In this document: in pieces, positions 48,314-58,273 of the stretch | How positions within the stretch are numbered: the first letter of the stretch is position 1 | Layout of the letters: every line of letters starts with the position of its first letter | NCBI GenBank assembly: GCA_965140415.1 | Contig: OZ223209.1 | Coordinates: 3,840,001 to 3,904,000, forward strand | Length of the DNA: 64,000 nt | Direction: 5' to 3' | Source: Myxococcota bacterium | GTDB taxonomy: Bacteria; Myxococcota_A; SURF-8 | Program-made: the position numbers and the translations under genes | Notes under the pieces: generated by a model | What the model was told of the DNA's origin: nothing | The model's database searches: none | The model's input: the letters and a program-made list of their open reading frames with translations, nothing else

Positions 48314-48756
48314 GTACTTCCTTTCGGAATCTATTTATTCACCAATTACCTCTCCAACAATACTTACACGATTCCATTGCATCGATAAAGGTCTTTTGAC
48401 AATTAACAAAATCCTTATCTCTGCCAATTATACGATTTTCGGACGAAAACCACCCTTGATATCAACTAAAGATTCCCCTCTTTTCGGAATATCAGATTCT
48501 TATTTCAACTCCATTGATGCATGGATGTATTTCTTTTTAAGAAAGAAAAACCGTAGTTCCGATCAATGGAACCGATCCAAATCGCATTGATTATGAACTT
48601 GATGAAATGTTGAATATGAGGAAACACCTTTTGCTTTAGAGCCTGTGAAATGACATATTTTCTTGCTCTACACGAAACAGGCAAAGCATGCTACAATGAT
48701 CGTTAGTCAAAGCAGGGCTATCCTATTTTCACAACACGCTTTTATAAGAAGCGTCG

Positions 48757-49761
48757 ATGAAGGGGCTGAAGATGTATAGGCAATTCGCAAATTATGTCAT
48801 TGTGGTCATTGCGATGCTACTGACAGTGGCTTGTTCCAAACCCAGCCAGGAGCAAGGCGGTGGAAGCGGAATCAAGCAAAACTCCGAAGAAAAGAAGCTT
48901 CATATCGTTGCCACCACCGGCATGATCGGCGACCTTGTTCGTCGCATCGGCGGCGACCGCGTTCAGGTGGATGTGATGATGGGGCCAGGTACAGACCCTC
49001 ACCTGTACAAAGCACGAGAAAAGGATATTCGCATGATTGCCCAGGCAGATATCGTTTTTTATAACGGTCTGCATTTGGAAGGCAAACTTGCTGAAGTATT
49101 CGAACGATTTACCTATCGTGAAGGCAAAAGCCTCGCCGATCAAAGCCGATACAAGGATATTTACGCGGTAACGGAAGAATTCCAAGAAGAAGATCTACTT
49201 GCCTCTCCTAAGAATCCTGGTGCTCACGATCCGCATGTCTGGTTCAACGTTAAATTGTGGCTCAAGGCTGCCCTTCAAATCAATAAGCGATTGATTGGGA
49301 AAGATAACACAATTCAGGAATATATCGCTCCAAACATGCAGAAACTAACCACTGAACTATTGGAGTTGGACAAATGGACTCGTGAGCAAATTGCTTCCAT
49401 CCCCAAAGAACAGCGCCTGCTCGTAACCGCCCACGACGCCTTTGGATATTTCGGAAAGGCCTATGACATCGAAGTACGAGGCATTCAGGGAATCAGCACC
49501 GAATCGGAAGCCAGCGTCAACGACCTGAACCAACTCATCGATTTCATCGTAAAGCGCAAAGCCAAGGCAATCTTCGTTGAATCCACCATTTCGAAAAAGA
49601 ACGTTGAAGCGCTACTTGAAGGCGCACAGGCCCAGATGCATCCGTTAAAACTTGGCGGTGAGTTGTTCAGCGACGCCATGGGAGCAGAAGGCACCCCGGA
49701 AGGAACCTACGTTGGAATGGTGCGCCACAACGTCAACACCATAGTCAACGCATTGAAATAG
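48757..49761 (+). CDS. Metal (Mn/Zn/Fe) ABC transporter substrate-binding lipoprotein, TroA/MntA family
   Basis: [26 protein letters not shown] and LFSDAMG. Alternative start at 48772. Confidence 0.95.
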   Translation: MKGLKMYRQFANYVIVVIAMLLTVACSKPSQEQGGGSGIKQNSEEKKLHIVATTGMIGDLVRRIGGDRVQVDVMMGPGTDPHLYKAREKDIRMIAQADIVFYNGLHLEGKLAEVFERFTYREGKSLADQSRYKDIYAVTEEFQEEDLLASPKNPGAHDPHVWFNVKLWLKAALQINKRLIGKDNTIQEYIAPNMQKLTTELLELDKWTREQIASIPKEQRLLVTAHDAFGYFGKAYDIEVRGIQGISTESEASVNDLNQLIDFIVKRKAKAIFVESTISKKNVEALLEGAQAQMHPLKLGGELFSDAMGAEGTPEGTYVGMVRHNVNTIVNALK

Positions 49762-49775
49762 CGAAAGACCACAAT

Positions 49776-50579
49776 ATGCCCGCAAGCGAGACAAATACGG
49801 AACCGAAGGCAGGACTTGTTCCACCGTTGGAGATCCACGACATGACGGTGGCGTATCACCATAAACCGGTGCTGTGGGATATCGATCTTACGGTGCCGGA
49901 AAATCAGTTGATCGCCGTTATCGGTCCCAATGGGGCAGGAAAAAGCACCTTGATGAAAGCCGTTCTGGGTTTGATTCCACGAGCCAGTGGTCGAGTGGAT
50001 ATCTTCGGAAAGCCGTATGAGAAGCAGCGCCACCTGGTCGGGTACGTCCCCCAGCGAGAATCGGTGGACTGGGACTTTCCCGTAAGCGTACTGGAAGTCG
50101 TACTGATGGGACGATACGGGCATGTCGGCTGGTTCCGTCGTCCGGGTAAGCGGGATTACAGCATTGCACGCGACTGCCTGGAAAAGGTGGGCATGGCCGA
50201 TTATGCCGAGCGACAGATCAGCCAGCTTTCCGGTGGCCAGCAACAACGTGTTTTTCTTGCCCGCGCTCTGGCTCAGGATGCCAAACTGTACTTCATGGAT
50301 GAACCTTTCGCCGGTGTGGATGCCGCCACCGAACAGGCCATCCTGACCATGCTGCGGGAACTGCGCGAATCGGGGAAAACGGTGATCGTCGTTCACCATA
50401 CCCTGCAAACGGTTAAAGATTATTTCGATCATCTGATACTGTTAAATATGCGCGTCATCGATCACGGTCCGATCGATCGGGTCTTTACAGAGGAAAACCT
50501 GCAAAAAACCTATGGCGGGCGTCTTTCCATTCTCGATCAGGCCGCCGAGGCCGTGCGACAGGCGAAAACCCGATCATGA
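49776..50579 (+). CDS. Metal ABC transporter ATPase, TroB/MntB family
   Basis: [35 protein letters not shown]. Confidence 0.95.
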   Translation: MPASETNTEPKAGLVPPLEIHDMTVAYHHKPVLWDIDLTVPENQLIAVIGPNGAGKSTLMKAVLGLIPRASGRVDIFGKPYEKQRHLVGYVPQRESVDWDFPVSVLEVVLMGRYGHVGWFRRPGKRDYSIARDCLEKVGMADYAERQISQLSGGQQQRVFLARALAQDAKLYFMDEPFAGVDAATEQAILTMLRELRESGKTVIVVHHTLQTVKDYFDHLILLNMRVIDHGPIDRVFTEENLQKTYGGRLSILDQAAEAVRQAKTRS

Positions 50580-51973
50580 AAGCCCTACTCGTTTTACCCA
50601 TTCTGCTTCTGACGGAGGCTCTGCTGTTCGCCACGTTGGGCTTAAGCAGCATCCAAACCGGACTGCAAACCGTTTCCAGCGCATTGGGCGTGCCTTACAA
50701 TACGTTTGTGGTTCTACTTGGCACCGGCCTGCTCGGATTGGCCAGCGGAATCGTAGGCTTGTTTGCGGTATTGCGGCAACGTTCCTTGGTCGGCGACGCC
50801 GTTGCCCATAGCGCTTTGCCGGGTCTGGCTCTTGCATACATGATTATCGGTGAACGCAATTTTACGGCGATGCTTGCGGGAGCGGTCATCTCCGGTCTAT
50901 TGGGCGGATTCCTGATTTCCTGGTTACAGAAAAATACGCGGATCAAGGCCGATGCCGCCATCGGAATAGTATTGAGCGTTCTATTCGGTCTGGGTCTGGT
51001 TCTTTCCAGCATCGTGCAGGACGACCCCAGCGGACGCCAAGCCGGGCTGGATTCCTTTCTTCTTGGAAAAACCGCCGGAATGATCGGACAGGATGTACTG
51101 CTGATCGGCTTGATGGCGCTCAATGTCGTGGTCGTGGTCGGTCTGACCTTTAAAGAATTGAAGCTGATCACCTTCGATCCGAACTTCGGTAAAGTCCAAG
51201 GACTGCCGGTTTTGGCGCTCGATGCGATTCTGATGGCGCTACTGGTACTCACCACCGTCATCGGACTGCCCGCCGTGGGCGTCGTGCTGATGGCGGCCAT
51301 GCTCATCATTCCCGGCGTTTCCGCCCGTTTCTGGACAGACCGACTGGGGCGCGTGATGCTGCTTTCGGCGATGTTCGGTTTGATCTCCGCCCTGCTTGGA
51401 ACCTGGATCAGTTCCCGAGTTTCCGATCTGCCTGCCGGGGCGATTATCGTATTGACCGGGGCTGCGGTATTCCTGTTCTCGATGTTGTTCGCTCCCAGGC
51501 GTGGTGTTCTTGCACGTGGCTGGCTGAGTCTGCATACCGAGTGGAAAATCGCACGACAGAATCTGCTTCGCACACTTTACGAAGTCAACGAGCCGAGCTT
51601 ACCCGACCGCACTGAGGTTTCTCTATCCGAGATTCTGGCCACCCGCGCATGGCGGCGCAGCACGGCAAAAGCGTTGCTGCTTTTTGCCAACTGGAAGAAA
51701 GAGGTTCTGCCGCGAGGCGCGGATCGTTGGGTGTTGACCGATTCCGGGTTGAAACAGGCAGCGCAGATCGTTAAAGCCCACCGCTTATGGGAGATCTTTC
51801 TGGTGGAACAGGCCAGCATTGCGCCGGATCATGTAGACCGCGATGCCGATGAAATCGAACATGTACTGACTCCAAAAATTCTGGCCGAACTTGAATCCCG
51901 CCTGCAAGAGCAGGGACGTCTTCCCGAATTCGCACCACCGAGCTCGGTTCATCCGGTTGGAGAGGGGGTGTAA
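50576..51973 (+). CDS. Metal ABC permease (ABC-3) fused to a C-terminal DtxR-like domain
   Basis: [14 protein letters not shown] and DAAIG. C-terminal HRLWEIFL...DADEIEH. Confidence 0.92.
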   Translation: MKALLVLPILLLTEALLFATLGLSSIQTGLQTVSSALGVPYNTFVVLLGTGLLGLASGIVGLFAVLRQRSLVGDAVAHSALPGLALAYMIIGERNFTAMLAGAVISGLLGGFLISWLQKNTRIKADAAIGIVLSVLFGLGLVLSSIVQDDPSGRQAGLDSFLLGKTAGMIGQDVLLIGLMALNVVVVVGLTFKELKLITFDPNFGKVQGLPVLALDAILMALLVLTTVIGLPAVGVVLMAAMLIIPGVSARFWTDRLGRVMLLSAMFGLISALLGTWISSRVSDLPAGAIIVLTGAAVFLFSMLFAPRRGVLARGWLSLHTEWKIARQNLLRTLYEVNEPSLPDRTEVSLSEILATRAWRRSTAKALLLFANWKKEVLPRGADRWVLTDSGLKQAAQIVKAHRLWEIFLVEQASIAPDHVDRDADEIEHVLTPKILAELESRLQEQGRLPEFAPPSSVHPVGEGV

Positions 51974-53271
51974 TGGGCACCGTATTGGGATTTGACGCCA
52001 TCGGCTTCTGGATCATCGTCACCGGTATTCTGGTGAACACTAGTGGCGCATTGCTCGGAAATTTTCTGCTGCTACGCCGCATGAGCCTGTTAGGCGATGC
52101 CATTAGCCATGCCGTACTTCCCGGTCTGGCTATCGCGTTTATCGTCACCCAGAGCCGCTCTCCCATTTACATGCTCATCGGTGCAGGCGTGGCCGGACTA
52201 TTGACGGTGCTGCTGACCGAGTCGATCCGCCGCCTGGCCAGAGTCAACGAAGACGCAGCGATCGGGGTTGTATTTACTTCCTTGTTCGCGTTGGGGGTGG
52301 TACTGATTACACGCGCTGCCAGCCAGGTCGATCTCGATCCGGGTTGTGTCCTGTACGGTATTTTGGAATCGGCGGCGCTGGATACGACTCCCGTTTTCGG
52401 CCTGGACGTTCCTCGTATGACCTTGAATCTGGGTATACTGACGGCCATCGTGCTGCTGTTCGTATCGTTACTATGGAAAGAATTGAAACTGGTGGCCTTC
52501 GACGCCCAACTTGCCACAACACTGGGTTTCCGCGCCGGACTGGTACACGTGCTGCTGATGTCGCTGGTGGCCGCCTTTACGGTTATTGCGTTTGAGGCAG
52601 TCGGCTCGATTCTGGTGGTAGCCATGCTGATCGTTCCCAGCGCTACGGCCTACTTGCTGACCGATCGGCTCGGCTGGATGGCGCTGCTTTCCGTGGCGGT
52701 CGGCATCTCTTCCGCGATACTGGGACGAGAGGCAGCCTATCACTACAACGCGACAGTCGCCGGAATGATGGCTGTGATGGCGGGAGGACATTTTGCACTG
52801 GCGGTGCTGTTCTCGCCGAAATACGGCTACCTGGCCAAACGCATATTCCAGCTACGCATGGGTTTTCGAATCGTGCGGGAAGACCTTTTGGCGCTGCTGT
52901 ATCGCTGGCAGGAACAAGGTTCTACCGAACCGATGCCTCGTTCTCTGATTATCGAAACCATGAAAAGCGGCTGGCGAAGTCGCGTTGCGATTCAATTCGC
53001 GTTGTGGCAGGGAGAAACCATGCGACAAGCTACAGGGCTACGCCTGACCGATTCCGGTACGGAGAAGGCCAGTCGCCTGATTCGCGGGCATCGTTTATGG
53101 GAAAGCTATCTTGCTAAAAACACGCCGCTTCCAGACGATCACCTGCATGAACCGGCCCATCGCATGGAGCATTTCCTGGATGAGAAGATCCTGTCGCAGG
53201 TGGAACAGGATGTCGAATTTCCGGATATCGACCCACATGGCCGACCATTACCCAAAGATGGTTCCACCTGA
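51973..53271 (+). CDS. Second metal ABC permease fused to a C-terminal DtxR-like domain
   Basis: MSLLGDAISHAVLPG and EDAAIG. C-terminal HRLWESYL...HEPAHRMEH...DPHGRPLP. Confidence 0.92.
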   Translation: MGTVLGFDAIGFWIIVTGILVNTSGALLGNFLLLRRMSLLGDAISHAVLPGLAIAFIVTQSRSPIYMLIGAGVAGLLTVLLTESIRRLARVNEDAAIGVVFTSLFALGVVLITRAASQVDLDPGCVLYGILESAALDTTPVFGLDVPRMTLNLGILTAIVLLFVSLLWKELKLVAFDAQLATTLGFRAGLVHVLLMSLVAAFTVIAFEAVGSILVVAMLIVPSATAYLLTDRLGWMALLSVAVGISSAILGREAAYHYNATVAGMMAVMAGGHFALAVLFSPKYGYLAKRIFQLRMGFRIVREDLLALLYRWQEQGSTEPMPRSLIIETMKSGWRSRVAIQFALWQGETMRQATGLRLTDSGTEKASRLIRGHRLWESYLAKNTPLPDDHLHEPAHRMEHFLDEKILSQVEQDVEFPDIDPHGRPLPKDGST

Positions 53272-53409
53272 TTGACATTGCTAAAGTATTCAGTTTAAAA
53301 GGCTCGATAACCGCTGCGATGATCGCGTTTTACCCTTCCTTATGGGAATATTCATGCAACGAGAGTCATTCTACCTAAACGGATGAAATGCGACCGTGAG
53401 AGGATGTAG

Positions 53410-54366
53410 ATGAAACAAGCGTTGGAAGTCCAAGCCATCACGAAACGGTACAAGCAAACCAAAAAAGCGGATCTCATCGCCGTGGATAACCTGTCTCTCT
53501 CCGTGCCGGAAGGGTCGATATACGGCCTGTTGGGTCCGAACGGAGCCGGGAAATCGACCTTGATCAACATGATCGGCGGAGTCACCAAACCGACTTCCGG
53601 GCGCATTCGCATTTTCGGAGTGGACAACCAGCAGCACCCGATCCAAACACGTAAAATGCTCGGCGTGGTTCCCCAGGAAATCACGCAGGAATCCATCTTT
53701 ACGGTAGAGGAGGTGCTATACTATTTTTCCGGCATGTATGGGTTGTCGCATGCCCGCCGCAAACAACGCATCGAGCAGGTACTGGAAGAACTTGGCCTGG
53801 CGGACAAGCTCAAGCAGCGCGCCTATCAACTTTCCGGCGGCATGAAGCGCCGCCTGATGATCGCCAAAGCGATTTTGCATGAGCCCCGCTTCGTGATTCT
53901 GGACGAACCGACCGCCGGGGTGGACGTTGCACTGCGACAGCGTATCTGGGATCTGATCGTGCAGATGAACCGCAACGGCACGACCATCCTGTTTACGACG
54001 CATTACCTGGAAGAAGCGGAACAACTTTGCGACGAGCTTACGATCATCGATCACGGGCAGATCGTTGGAGCCGGTTCACTAAAAGATTTTCAGCGCAACT
54101 TCGAGCAGGGCGTGATTTACTTCGAGTTGTATCATCCCCAAGAGCGGAATATCGACGGTGTTGAACGTGTTGGAACGGAATTCGAATATCACAGTCGCGA
54201 ATTGCTGCCCGGCTTGGCCAAATTATGCAAACACTACGGCTCCAACCTGAAATCGGTGCGTAGCGAACATGCCAGCCTGGAAAAGATCTTTCTGGAATTG
54301 ACCGGCCTGAACGGACATAAAACCGACGATGCCGCCACTTCCGCCTCCGAGAAAGGAGGCGACTGA
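53410..54366 (+). CDS. ABC-2 type transporter ATPase (YadG-like)
   Basis: [35 protein letters not shown]. Confidence 0.92.
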   Translation: MKQALEVQAITKRYKQTKKADLIAVDNLSLSVPEGSIYGLLGPNGAGKSTLINMIGGVTKPTSGRIRIFGVDNQQHPIQTRKMLGVVPQEITQESIFTVEEVLYYFSGMYGLSHARRKQRIEQVLEELGLADKLKQRAYQLSGGMKRRLMIAKAILHEPRFVILDEPTAGVDVALRQRIWDLIVQMNRNGTTILFTTHYLEEAEQLCDELTIIDHGQIVGAGSLKDFQRNFEQGVIYFELYHPQERNIDGVERVGTEFEYHSRELLPGLAKLCKHYGSNLKSVRSEHASLEKIFLELTGLNGHKTDDAATSASEKGGD

Positions 54367-55112
54367 TGCGCTATATGCTGGCTTTATACGCACGCGAAGT
54401 ACGCCGCTTCCGAAAAATCTGGATGGACACCCTATTCACTCCCATTATTTCCACACTGTTGTTCCTAACGGTCTTCGGGGTGTTGATGGGCCAACGCAGC
54501 ATCGGCAACGCGCAGGCGCTGCCGTTCATCTACACCGGTCTGCTGGGAATGACGATTATCAACGCCAGCTTCATGAATCCCGGCTTTGCGCTGGTGTTGG
54601 CGAAAAACCATGGGACAATCATAGATTTGCAACTGGTCCCGATTCCACGCTGGCAGATCGGGCTGGCGTATACACTGGCGGCTGCGACTCGCGCAATGGT
54701 GGCACTGACTACCGTACTTTTAACCAGCATCTGGTTCGTTCCCGACTTGTCGATCACTCACCCTGCCCTGCTGGTCGTTGCAATTGTACTGACCGGGATC
54801 GAATTCGGCTTGATCGGCACCGTGTTCGGCATGTGGGCCAGCAGCTTTGAGGCCGTTACTTTCATGACCACCTTTATCATGCAACCCATGATTTTCCTGG
54901 GAGGCGTGTTCTACCCCATTCAAAGCCTACCGGACCTATGGCAGACGATCAGTCAATTCAACCCGTTGTTCCACAATATCAACATGATCCGATACGGCTT
55001 TATCGGCTATTCCGACGTGCCCCCCCTGTTGTCGCTGGGGGTGATGATTGCAGCTACGCTACTGCTGTTTTTCATTCTCAACCAGGTCATTCATCGGAAA
55101 CTGGCGGGATAA
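54366..55112 (+). CDS. ABC-2 type permease (YadH-like)
   Basis: REVRRF, FLGGVFY and FNP motifs; TGATG overlap with the ATPase gene. Confidence 0.9.
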   Translation: MRYMLALYAREVRRFRKIWMDTLFTPIISTLLFLTVFGVLMGQRSIGNAQALPFIYTGLLGMTIINASFMNPGFALVLAKNHGTIIDLQLVPIPRWQIGLAYTLAAATRAMVALTTVLLTSIWFVPDLSITHPALLVVAIVLTGIEFGLIGTVFGMWASSFEAVTFMTTFIMQPMIFLGGVFYPIQSLPDLWQTISQFNPLFHNINMIRYGFIGYSDVPPLLSLGVMIAATLLLFFILNQVIHRKLAG

Positions 55113-55121
55113 GCAAAGCAC

Positions 55122-55820
55122 TTAAATTGTTGCTGTCCCTGCTTTAGCATACATCAGCGCAGAAGGTGTCTGGCAACCGACGATTGCCGGAGCTTCCCGG
55201 ATCAAGTCCTCGTTCTGAATTGCTTCCACCATGAACAAAGCGAAATCGATCCGGCGCGTGAGATTGCTTTGCAGAATCGGATCACCTACGTGCCTGCTCC
55301 AAACAGGCAAGCCCTGACTTTCACCCTCTTCCAGATCGCTTCCACGCACGACGGTCCAGCGGGTATCGCTTTCGAAAATTCGTCGGCAGGCTTCCACCTG
55401 GTCATCGATATCCACTGCCCGAAACAGTTTCGCAATCCAACCGAAGATTTTCACCATCCATAAAAACTTTTTTGAGTATTGATCCTTGCCATCTCTGCTG
55501 ATATGCCAGCCACATGAAAAAATCAGTCGTGCGTTCGGTTCGGCATGGTCAAGCACGGCCTGCGCCGTTCCGGTTGAATACTGCTGCACCCCCCAGGGAA
55601 CCAGCACGACAAGCACCGCATCGCAACCAGCCACCGCAGACCGGATCACCTCCGGGTCGTTGGTCGCCCCCGGCACAAGTTCGATTCTTCCTTTAAAGCG
55701 ACCCAGCTTATCCACGCTCTTTTCACGACAAACACCTACGACCTCATATCCCTTATCCAGCGCATGCTGAACCATGTATTGACCGAGTTTTCCTGAAGCG
55801 CCAACAATGCAGATCTTCAT
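55122..55820 (-). CDS. NAD(P)-binding Rossmann protein (flavin reductase/NmrA-like)
   Basis: IVGASGKLG and WTVVR. GGAGG RBS before ATG 55820. Confidence 0.85.
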   Translation of the reverse strand: MKICIVGASGKLGQYMVQHALDKGYEVVGVCREKSVDKLGRFKGRIELVPGATNDPEVIRSAVAGCDAVLVVLVPWGVQQYSTGTAQAVLDHAEPNARLIFSCGWHISRDGKDQYSKKFLWMVKIFGWIAKLFRAVDIDDQVEACRRIFESDTRWTVVRGSDLEEGESQGLPVWSRHVGDPILQSNLTRRIDFALFMVEAIQNEDLIREAPAIVGCQTPSALMYAKAGTATI

Positions 55821-55938
55821 GATGCATACCTCCGCAAAACCTTGTTTCAAGGTTAACAGCCATACCCCACCGATTCGGCTCTGCCAATGAGTTACCTCAG
55901 TTTTATTGGAATGTTTCGGCTGCTAAGAAGAGCAGGTT

Positions 55939-56523
55939 TTATCGATTCCGATCGATTTCGATGGTTTCCGTTTCGGTGATCAGCAGCATTACCGGCAGAT
56001 CATGCACCTCGCGCGGCACCTCATCCACCAGTTGCACGTTAAAAGCAAGCCCAACCGTTACAGCCCGGGTTTGCGGCAGGAAACGATCGTAGTAGCCGCC
56101 GCCATATCCCATGCGATAACCTTGACGATCATAGGCCATGCCGGGTACGAGAATCAGGTCCAAATCGCCAAGCGGAAACTCGGGACAAGCGCCGGAAGGC
56201 TCCAGAATCCCAGCGTAACCGGGCGTAAACTGCTCCCAGTTTTGCGCCGCACGATGAATAAGGGTGTCGTTCTTGCGATCCGTCACCGGAAACACAACCG
56301 TTTTACCGTCCGCCCAGGCTTGCTCGATGATCGGGCGGGTGTCGATTTCAGAGCCGAAAGGAACGAAGGCATGAATCGCACCGGCGTTACGATAAAGATC
56401 CAGAGTTAAAAGCCGATTGCAGGCGGCCAACGAGAAGTCCTGTCGTTGCTCTGGCGAAAGAGTCTCACGCCTGGCAATCGCCTGCTTGCGAAAACGACGT
56501 TTCTGTTCTGCCAAATCACTCAT
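55939..56523 (-). CDS. 5-formyltetrahydrofolate cyclo-ligase
   Basis: EIDT, GILEP, DLILVPGMAYDRQGYRMGYGGGYYDRFL. Confidence 0.95.
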   Translation of the reverse strand: MSDLAEQKRRFRKQAIARRETLSPEQRQDFSLAACNRLLTLDLYRNAGAIHAFVPFGSEIDTRPIIEQAWADGKTVVFPVTDRKNDTLIHRAAQNWEQFTPGYAGILEPSGACPEFPLGDLDLILVPGMAYDRQGYRMGYGGGYYDRFLPQTRAVTVGLAFNVQLVDEVPREVHDLPVMLLITETETIEIDRNR

Positions 56524-56560
56524 GGAAGATCATCCTGCTGTATAGCGTGATAACGGGAAA

Positions 56561-56917
56561 TCAGAAGCTAAGTACCTTGGATTCTTTCATCAATTCGATC
56601 AGCATTTTTCCGGTTCCGAGTTTGGCATTGGGGATGAATTCATCCTCGGAAAGATGCCGGGCGTTGGCGCAGGGAGTGCAGACCAGAATCGGGACGTTGT
56701 TCTCGATCAACGAATCCAGATACGGTTTCATTTCGTCACCGGTCGGAGCCTTGACATTATCCGCCATGCCGATTTTGGCAAAACAGACCGCGTCATCGAC
56801 CAAAAAGACAGTAACCGGATTTCCGTCTTCCATGGCGAACTTGGCAAACTGGAATATACGTGTGGCACGGGTGGGATCTTCCTGTCCTCTGGAGAGAACG
56901 AAAAGGAAACGCTGCAT
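56561..56917 (-). CDS. DsrE-family sulfur-relay/redox protein
   Basis: VFLVDDAV and VCTPCANAR. GAGGAGG RBS. Confidence 0.85.
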   Translation of the reverse strand: MQRFLFVLSRGQEDPTRATRIFQFAKFAMEDGNPVTVFLVDDAVCFAKIGMADNVKAPTGDEMKPYLDSLIENNVPILVCTPCANARHLSEDEFIPNAKLGTGKMLIELMKESKVLSF

Positions 56918-57160
56918 AGTATCCTCCTCACTGAAACAAGTATTCAGATGAGCGGCCAAGCCGCAACCGCTGATGCACCAATGCCTTTTGTTTTACTCCA
57001 ATTGCCGGTATCATGCAACCCAGTATTCACAAGGAAATACATGAAGCCCCGCATTTATAATAATCTCTCGGTTTTGATAGGAATCGGTGGAAGCCAGACA
57101 TGGCGTGGCGAGCCCCGACTTTATGGGTCGAATAATGCCAAGATAATCCAAGAACTTCAG

Positions 57161-57700
57161 TTAGGCCTGAACGCCGTCTTCTTCACTGGTGGAGGAACGC
57201 AATCCGGCAAAGAACTCGTCGTATTTCTTGTACAATTGCGACATGGTTTCCTCGGCCACCGACAGGCTGCCTTTGTCGACTTCGTAGCCATTTAAAATGC
57301 CGACCGCTTCCTGATAGCCCTTGCCCACCGCGCCGCGCACCATCTTTTCAAAGCCTGCGATCTGCTCTTCCAGGCTCTCGTCTTCATGCTGCATACGGTA
57401 CATGTCGAAGAAGCTGGTGGTGAAATCGAAAATGCGCTGCGACGTGGCTTCCGGCGACCAGTCCACACCCATAAGTTGGTTGATATCAAGGCCGTTGGCC
57501 TTGAGCATCTCATCGACTTTCTGGCCGATGGTGGTGGAAAGCGTCCGCTGGATAAAGGTTTCGTCGACCTTGGCGCTCAGTTGCACCTGGTCTAAGACAT
57601 CCTTAGCCGTGCGTGTTTCCGCATTCTGAACCGGTTGCGTTTTTTGAATCGATTGCAGTTGCGCGACATATGCGCTGGATTGTGTTGGTTGCAGTTTCAT
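57161..57700 (-). CDS. DUF5610-like protein
   Basis: DWSPEATSQRIFDF...GAVGKGYQEAVGIL. GGAGG RBS before ATG 57700. Confidence 0.7.
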   Translation of the reverse strand: MKLQPTQSSAYVAQLQSIQKTQPVQNAETRTAKDVLDQVQLSAKVDETFIQRTLSTTIGQKVDEMLKANGLDINQLMGVDWSPEATSQRIFDFTTSFFDMYRMQHEDESLEEQIAGFEKMVRGAVGKGYQEAVGILNGYEVDKGSLSVAEETMSQLYKKYDEFFAGLRSSTSEEDGVQA

Positions 57701-57750
57701 TCGTGACCTCCCTGTCGTCGAAACTACCCTTCCCTGGGTTCTCATCCTTA

Positions 57751-57777
57751 CAATCGGCCTGTTTTGAACTTTCTTTA
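57751..57777 (-). promoter_or_regulatory. sigma28 (FliA)-type promoter
   Basis: TAAA-N15-GCCGATTG, 50 nt upstream of ATG 57700. Confidence 0.7.
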
Positions 57778-58273
57778 GGAAAATTTTGCCTAGTCAGCTT
57801 GCAACAGTTGAAAAACGGATTAATACATGGACTTTGTTCTGTAATTACAAAGGGATAAGAATATACGCCAAACGTCATAAATCAGCGAAATCCGCTACGC
57901 ACGCAGCGTACACTACTTATTTGCCTGTTGCCTCTTGACATGCCTAAGTGCTAAGATTACATTATGTTTTATGTTTAATGTACGACTTTTTTTATCATTT
58001 GGACGAGACTTGAACGAAGACTGAATGCATCGAATGTTTCTGGAGATGAGAGCACAACCACCGGCACCGGAGTCGATTATGCCGCCGCCGTCGGAGATAT
58101 CCGGGGTCTCCAAAGTCAATCGGCTGATCCGGACCTAACACAATGACTGGCGTCAGTATCGGGGTCAGGGCAGTTGACAGAACCGAACGACACGAGTACT
58201 CTCCCAAAAGCACCATTATGGTCGAAGTTGCCGGACAGACGTTCAACGCCATCATGCGATAACAACCACACAG

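Noticed and set aside
56524-56560. 6S RNA upstream of the 5-formyl-THF cyclo-ligase
   Set aside because: Only 37 nt separate it from the DsrE gene, which leaves no room.
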